From Macrostomum hystrix (Eukaryota; Animalia; Platyhelminthes): 64,000 nt of DNA. The position numbers and the translations under genes were made by a program. The stretch covers positions 9,114,001 to 9,178,000 of the forward strand of contig CATNEN010000007.1 of NCBI GenBank assembly GCA_950097015.1. The letters are read 5' to 3'. Under the pieces are notes generated by a model. That model made no database searches, had not been told where the DNA came from, and saw only the letters and a program-made list of their open reading frames with translations. Below, one piece after another: positions 45,194 through 64,000 of this stretch (the first letter of the stretch is position 1; each line of letters begins with the position of its first letter).

Positions 45194-46691
45194 GTGAGAT
45201 TTGTCAGTGAGGCATTGGTGAGTGAGATTTGTCAGTGAGGCATTGGTGAGTGAGATGTGTCAGTGAGGCATTGGTGAGTGAGAGGTGTCAGTGAGGCATT
45301 GGTGAGTGAGATGTGTCAGTGAGGAATTGGTGAGAGAGAGGTGTCAGTGAGGAATTGGTAAGTGAGATGTGTCAGTGAGGCATTGGTGAGTGAGATGTGT
45401 CAGTGAGGAATTGGTGAGTGAGATGTGTCAGTGAGGCATTGGTGAGTGAGATTTGTCAGTGAGGCATTGGTGAGTGAGATTTGTCAGTGTGGCATTCATT
45501 GGTGAGTGAGATGTGTCAGTGAGGCATTGGTGAGTGAGATGTGTCAGCGAGGCATTGGTGAGAGAGAGGTGTCAGTGAGGAATTGGTGAGTGAGATTTTT
45601 CAGTGAGGCATTGGTGAGTGAGATGTGTCAGTGAGGCATTGGTGAGTGAGATGTGTCAGTGAGGCATTGGTGAGTGAGATGTGTCAGTGAGGCATTGGTG
45701 AGTGAGATGTGTCAGTGAGGCATTCATTGGTGAGTGAGAGGTATCAGTGAGGCATTGGTGAGTGAGAGGTGTCAGTGAGGAATTGGTGAGTGAGAGGTGT
45801 CAGTGAGGAATTGGTGAGTGAGATTTTTCAGTGAGGCATTGGTGAGTGAGATGTGTCAGTGAGGCATTGGTGAGTGAGATGTGTCAGTGAGGCATTGGTG
45901 AGTGAGATGTGTCAGTGAGGCATTGGTGAGTGAGATGTGTCAGTGAGGCATTCATTGGTGAGTGAGAGGTATCAGTGAGGCATTGGTGAGTGAGATGTGT
46001 CAGTGAGGAATTGGTAAGTGAGATGTGTCAGTGAGGCATTGGTGAGTGAGATGTGTCAGTGAGGAATTGGTGAGTGAGATTTGTCAGTGAGGCATTGGTG
46101 AGTGAGATTTGTCAGTGTGGCATTCATTGGTGAGTGAGATGTGTCAGTGAGGCATTGGTGAGTGAGATGTGTCAGCGAGGCATTGGTGAGAGAGAGGTGT
46201 CAGTGAGGAATTGGTGAGTGAGATGTGTCAGTGAGGCATTGGTGAGTGAGATGTGTCAGTGTGGCATTCATTGGTGAGTGAGATGTGTCAGTGAGGAATT
46301 GGTGAGTGAGAGGTATCAGTGAGGCATTGGTGAGTGAGATGTGTCAGTGAGGAATTGGTGAGTGAGATGTGTCAGTGAGGAATTGGTGAGTGAGAGGTGT
46401 CAGTGAGGAATTGGTGAGTGAGAGGTGTCAGTGAGGAATTGGTGAGTGAGAGGTGTCAGTGAGGAATTGGTGAGTGAGAGGTGTCAGTGAGGAATTGGTG
46501 AGTGAGAGGTGTCAGTGAGGAATTGGTGAGTGAGATTTGTCAGTGAGGCATTGGTGAGTGAGATGTGTCAGTGAGACATTGGTGAGTGAGATGTGTCAGT
46601 GAGGCATTGGTGAGTGAGATGTGTCAGTGAGGCATTCATTGGTGAGTGAGAGGTGTCAGTGAGGCATTCATTGGTGAGTGAGATGTGTCAG
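45194..46691. repeat. 28-bp minisatellite (GTGAGATGTGTCAGTGAGGCATTGGTGA)n
   Basis: About 52 variant units. Confidence 0.96.
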
Positions 46692-47178
46692 CGAAGCATG
46701 GGCGTGTCTGTGTTTCAGGCAGCTATGTCCTACTTGAGTTTCTCGAACTAAAAATTGAAAAGTGCAGCCGTATCCAAGCCGGCCCTGCCTCATCTCTGAG
46801 TCCAGTCTCACCTCCCTGTGGCGTGACTTCTTTGTCCCGTTTCCCTTTGCCCGGCTCGGGTGAGCTCAGGTTCGAGTCGTGCACAGCCAGGTGTGAAATC
46901 GGTGCCAGTAGGTCTTATCGGCTTGGAACTCGGTGGCCCTGTATCCCTCGGGTCCCACTTGTACAACTGTACAACTAACTGTACTCGGATGTCGGCAATA
47001 TCCCGTGTCATCTTCCTCACAGATCAAAGAACGAAGTGCCGTCTTGAGCAAGAAATTCTAAACTGCTTGCGGGATTTTTTTTAGCGGAAAATAGAAATTA
47101 CCAGTGTATTAGCTGTTTTCTTCGTGTGAGATTTTTAAAACAGAATGCCATTTTAAAGTAGGTAAAGCAAGCAAGTAA

Positions 47179-47892
47179 CAGTCAGCAGTCAGCAATTAGC
47201 AGTCAGCAGTCAGAAGTCAGGAGTCAGCAGTCAGGAGTCAGCAGTCAGGAGTCAGCTGTCAGGAGTCAGCAGTCAGGAGTCAGGAGTCAGCAGTCAGCAG
47301 TCAGCAGTCAGCAGTCAGCAGTCAGGAGTCAGCAGTCAGGAGTCAGCAGTCAGGAGTCAGCAGTCAGCAGTCAGTATTCAGTAGTCAGCAGTCAGCAGTC
47401 AGCAGTCAGGAGTCAGCAGTCAGCAGTCAGGAGTCAGCAGTCAGAAGTCAGAAGTCAGAAGTCAGCAGTCAGAAGTCAGCAGTCAGGAGTCAGCAGTCAG
47501 GAGTCAGCAGTCAGGAGTCAGCAGTCAGCAGTCAGCAGTTAGGAGTCAGCAGTCAGAAGTCAGCAGTCAGCAGTCAGGAGTCAGCAGTCAGCAGTCAGCA
47601 GTCAGGAGTCAGCAGTCAGAAGTCAGCAGTCAGCAGTCAGGAATCAGCAGTCAGAAGTCAGCAGTCAGGAGTCAGCAGTCAGGAGTCAGCAGTCAGGAGT
47701 CAGCAGTAAGGAGTTTGCAGTCAGCAGTCAGCAGTCAGCAGTCAGGAGTCAGGAGTCAGCAGTCAGAGTCAGCAGTCAGGAGTCAGCAGTCAGGAGTTTG
47801 CAGTCAGGAGTCAGCAGTCAGGAGTCAGCAGTCAGGAGTCAGCAGTCAGGAGTCAGCAGTCAGGAGCCGGAAGCCTGCAGTCAGGAGTCAGC
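47179..47892. repeat. 7-bp repeat (AGTCAGC/AGTCAGG)n
   Basis: About 100 units, ending at the stop codon of the small ORF. Confidence 0.95.
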
Positions 47893-48097
47893 ATTGTGCC
47901 AGTTGCTGCACTGATCTGCTGGAGCCGCGCAGGCAGGACTTCAGGCGCCTTCGCAGCTTCGCATCGCACAGCAGGACCAGGACCAACAGGCTGGCAAACA
48001 GGGACATGCAGAGCAGCACGCGGGGCACCTCAGAATTCGCCCCCTGGCCAGGCTGAAGAGGCCGGTCATCTGGCCCAAGAAGCGAGTCTGAGTCCAT
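47888..48097 (-). CDS. Candidate 69-aa single-pass membrane microprotein
   Basis: ATG at 48097 downstream of AG acceptors and GC3-rich codons like neighbouring genes. Acidic N-terminus, hydrophobic VLLCMSLFASLLVLVLLC, then basic KLRRRLK. Confidence 0.55.
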   Translation of the reverse strand: MDSDSLLGPDDRPLQPGQGANSEVPRVLLCMSLFASLLVLVLLCDAKLRRRLKSCLRGSSRSVQQLAQC

Positions 48098-48339
48098 GAG
48101 CTCTTCAAGGTGCTCGAAACTGAAATCGAACGTGAACCTAGAAATTCGATTTGCATGCACTAGATGTGCTCTGATTGGCCCTCTGTTACTGGTTGTCTCA
48201 TTGGCTGAGTGTCTGTTTTGTTTATTGAACTTGAAGATCAATCTCCGATTGGTTGTGGATATTAAGTTTCTGCTGTGCGTGCGATAAACAGACCTTTGAT
48301 TTTATGTGTGCCTAGTTGACTAGTTGTCTCTGATTGTTT

Positions 48340-49005
48340 GTATGCTTAGCTGACCGTCTCTGATTGGTTGTGTGCTTAGCTGACCATCTCTGATTGGTTA
48401 TGTGCTTAGCTGACCATCTCTGATTGGCTGTGCTTAGCTGACCATCTCTGATTGGCTGTGCTTAGCTTACCATCTCTGATTGGCTATGTGCTTAGCTGAC
48501 CATCTCTGATTGGCTGTGCTTAGCTGACCATCTCTGATTGGCTGTGCTTAGCTGACCATCTCTGATTGGCTATGTGCTTAGCTGACCATCTCTGATTGGC
48601 TATGTGCTTAGCTGACCATCTCTGATTGGCTATGTGCTTAGCTGACCATCTCTGATTGGCTATGTGCTTAGCTGACCATCTCTGATTGGCTATGTGCTTA
48701 GCTGACCATCTCTGATTGGCTATGTGCTTAGCTGAACATCTCTGATTGGCTGTGCTTAGCTGACCATCTCTGATTGGCTATGTGCTTAGCTGACCATCTC
48801 TGATTGGCTGTGCTTAGCTGACCATCTCTGATTGGCTATGTGCTTAGCTGACCATCTCTGATTGGCTGTGCTTAGCTGACCATCTCTGATTGGCTATGTG
48901 CTTAGCTGACCATCTCTGATTGGCTGTGCTTAGCTGACCATCTCTGATTGGCTATGTGCTTAGCTGACCATCTCTGATTGGCTATGTGCTTAGCTGACGG
49001 TCTCT
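48340..49005. repeat. 28/30-bp minisatellite (TGTGCTTAGCTGACCATCTCTGATTGGCTA)n
   Basis: About 22 units, each containing CTGATTGG. Confidence 0.95.
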
Positions 49006-50280
49006 AATTACCAGTTTTTTTGCTGATCGTCTCTGACTAGGCTTTAATTTAAATATCCCTTATAAACTTCTTATAATTTTTATTGCATGTCAGTTTTGCT
49101 GGTTGAAAATAAATTTAAACTTAAGCGAAAAATGATGCTTCTCTATTTAAGCATCTATCAGTACAGACTTTCAGATGTCACAAATGAGACAAAACTAAAA
49201 TTTAGTCACAAGATTCTTACCTTCAACAATGTCTAGCCAGCCCAGTCGGTTTTGCTCCGTGCGGTGAGTTTGCAGTCCCAATTCCAATGGCTGTAGTCCT
49301 GCGCTTCGCTAAGCCGTGTGTTTTATACGTTTTCAATGCTGTGAGAAAAGCAGAAGACAGCGAGCAGCAGCTGTTGCGCAGCCGAAAATACCCTGCAAAC
49401 TTGGTTGCTGACCCTGGCTCCCGTGCTCGCACATTTCCATGCGCTGAGCCAACTGCTCAATCCGCCTCCTCAAATGCTGGTCGCAGCCCTAGGAGCAGCC
49501 TTTGCTGACTGAAGTAACTTCGCCTTCCGGGCACAGATTTTTGTCCCAGATTTTCTCCTGCGTTGGGTTGCATTACACGCCGGCGTTCCAGAGCGTGCTT
49601 TTGTGGGAAACAGATTCAAACATTAATGCTGAAGTGCCTACTGATATCAGTAGCAACGATAGAATTGCTCAGTAGTAGTGGGCAGAAATTTTAATATATA
49701 TAAGTTCCATTAGCTTTAAAGGGTCAGGAAAAAATGATATGGGTCACTGCTGTGATAATCACTAGGCGCATGTTTGACAATCACGGTACGTTAGAGTGAA
49801 CAGCAAGGCGAAATCTGCGTCCCAAATCTGCGAGGCAAACACAGGCGAGGCGCATTAAGGATGACGCCTGGCTGTGAAATCTGCGCGATTGACAAAGCCG
49901 CTCCAATTCGTGACTCTTTTATAGTGCCGAGCACCTTGCTTTGATTGATTGACAGGACCGGGACAGCCCGATCGAAGCTGCTGCCGGCCTCACAAAGTCC
50001 GCCGCAATTCGCGCCCTCCGATGCCTCGAAATTGCTGCGTTGGGCAACTCTTAAGTCTGGAGTCTAGCTAATTTAGTATATCTGTTGCCAACGTTCACAG
50101 ATCTTGGTTGTCATGGTTACACGGTTGTTGCTTACCGATTCGCTTTGCAAAATAATTTGTCGGTTCGACTGACTACACGCTACATTTCCATTTTGCTACC
50201 AGTACACGATGTAGCAAACATACCGGCCTTGAGGTGCAAGCTTCATTTCATGTCCCTACTCCAAATTCCCTACAACACAT

Positions 50281-50728
50281 TCTATCCCTGTCTGTTCCTG
50301 TCTGTTCCTGTCTGTTCCTGTCTGTTCCTGTCTATCCCTGTCTGTTCATGTCTGTTCCTGTCTATCCCTGTCTGTTCCTGTCTGTTCGTGTCTGTTCCTG
50401 TCTGTTCCTGTCTGTTCGTGTCTGTTCCTGTCTGTTCGTGTCTGTTCCTGTCTGTTCCTGTCTGTTCGTGTCTGTTCCTGTCTGTTCCTGTCTGTTCCTG
50501 TCTGTTCCTGTCTGTTCGTGTCTGTTCCTGTCTGTTCCTGTCTGTTCCTGTCTGTTCGTGTCTGTTCCTGTCTGTTCGTGTCTGTTCCTGTCTGTTCGTG
50601 TCTGTTCGTGTCTGTTCCTGTCTGTTCATGTCTATCCCTGTCTCTTCCTGTCTGTTCGTGTCTGTTCCTGTCTGTTCCTCTCCGTTCCTGTCTGTTCCTG
50701 TCTGTTCCTGTCTGTTTCTGTCTGTTCG
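50281..50728. repeat. 10-bp repeat (TCTGTTCCTG)n
   Basis: About 44 units. Confidence 0.95.
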
Positions 50729-51258
50729 CATAACTGACACATTTTTAGGCCGGGTTAGGATGCTGGAAGCCCCACATTTTAGACCAATCGATCACGAGGC
50801 GGATAATCGATAGAAGTCGGCCGTGAGTCTGCAGAGCTCATGGTCGTGAGTTGCAATGAGTAATTAAGCTCGTAACAATTCAGATTTTGTAACAGTGAGC
50901 TCAGCAAAAGTCATGAACTGCGTATTGAGACTGAAAATATGAATTGTGTCAACTTTCATCTGAGTGCTCCTGACTTCTAGAATAGCTTTTAGTGCTGCCC
51001 CTGCACTTCAGGCCCGTTTCTGACTACCTCGCTACCTGATTGGCTGGGTTGATTTTCAGCCAATCGGTGAACGGATAGGATAAAACAAGGAGACAAATGC
51101 ATTAGAAAGCCGACAATGAATGAGCCGACGTAGGAGGAAGTTTTCAGCACTGATTGGAGGTCAAGGCGAGCGTTCTGAGCACCCGCAGATAACAAGAACT
51201 CGGAGCTTCAGCAGAATGCGAGAGACCTAGTCAGCGGTCGGCGAAGCACTTGACGGCG

Positions 51259-63364
<12,106 letters not shown>

Positions 63365-63425
63365 GTGGGGATGGGGGGAGTGGCTGAGTGTTTCCAATCT
63401 ATTGAGGTTGTTTGGAGTGGTGGTT

Positions 63426-63850
63426 GTCAGGAGTGAGGAGGGTTTCTGGAGTGAGGAGGGTGTCTGGAGTGAGGAGGGTTTCTAGAGTGAGGATGGTGTC
63501 TGGAGTGAGGTGGGTGTCTGGAGTGAAGTGGGTGTCAGGAGTGAAGTGGGTGTCAGGAGTGAGGAGGGTGTCTGGAGTGAGGTGGGTGTCTGGAGTGAGG
63601 TGGGTGTCTGGAGTGAGTGGGTGTCTGGAGTGAGGTGGGTGTCTGGAATGAGTTGGGTGTCTGGAGTGAGGTGGGTGTCTGGAGTGAGGTGGGTGTCTGG
63701 AGTGAGTGGGTGTCTGGAGTGAGGTGGGTGTCTGCAGTGAGGTGGGTGTCTGGGGTGAGGTGGGTGTCTGGAGTGAGGTGGGTGTCTGGAGTGAAGTGGG
63801 TGTCTGGAGTGAATTTGGTGTCTGGAGTGAGGTGGGTTAGAGTGAGGTGG
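63426..63850. repeat. 18-bp minisatellite (GGAGTGAGGTGGGTGTCT)n
   Basis: About 23 units. Confidence 0.93.
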
Positions 63851-64000
63851 TGTTTAGATTCAGGCTGTTTCTGGAGTGATATGGTGAACCATAACATATT
63901 GGTGATACATATTCTGTTCACCGGCTGCTTAGAAATGTATTTGATATTATTTGATAATATCAAAAATGATTTGATATTAGAAATGTATAGATGCGCATGC

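Overview
Eukaryotic (metazoan) genomic DNA. GC-rich exons, short GT-AG introns and a very high load of 4-46 bp tandem arrays suggest a free-living flatworm such as Macrostomum; this is an inference, not shown by the sequence. Host genes: the last two exons of an NPY/NPF-type GPCR, an intact intronless clan-2 cytochrome P450 with an inverted pseudogene copy, a secreted PAN-like + F-type lectin, a PLAC8/cornifelin protein, a polyQ protein with two copies of a helical domain, SFT2D3, ILK, RASL10, a candidate 69-aa single-pass microprotein, and the first six exons of a GABA-B-type class C GPCR. The most structured accessory region is 10465-17376, a three-layer nest. A decayed IS630/Tc1-mariner element (125-bp TIRs, TA TSD) has its transposase split by a 1116-bp solo LTR (GAGT TSD). 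Its left TIR is cut by an apparently intact 4.4-kb tyrosine-recombinase (Ngaro/DIRS-like) retrotransposon. That retrotransposon has a SAP-domain Gag and a candidate -1 frameshift site, and I could find neither split direct repeats nor long ITRs at its ends. Several tandem arrays appear to have arisen in place from functional gene ends (a CaaX+stop codon, a stop codon, a splice donor). Exon boundaries were read by eye; repeat boundaries are approximate.
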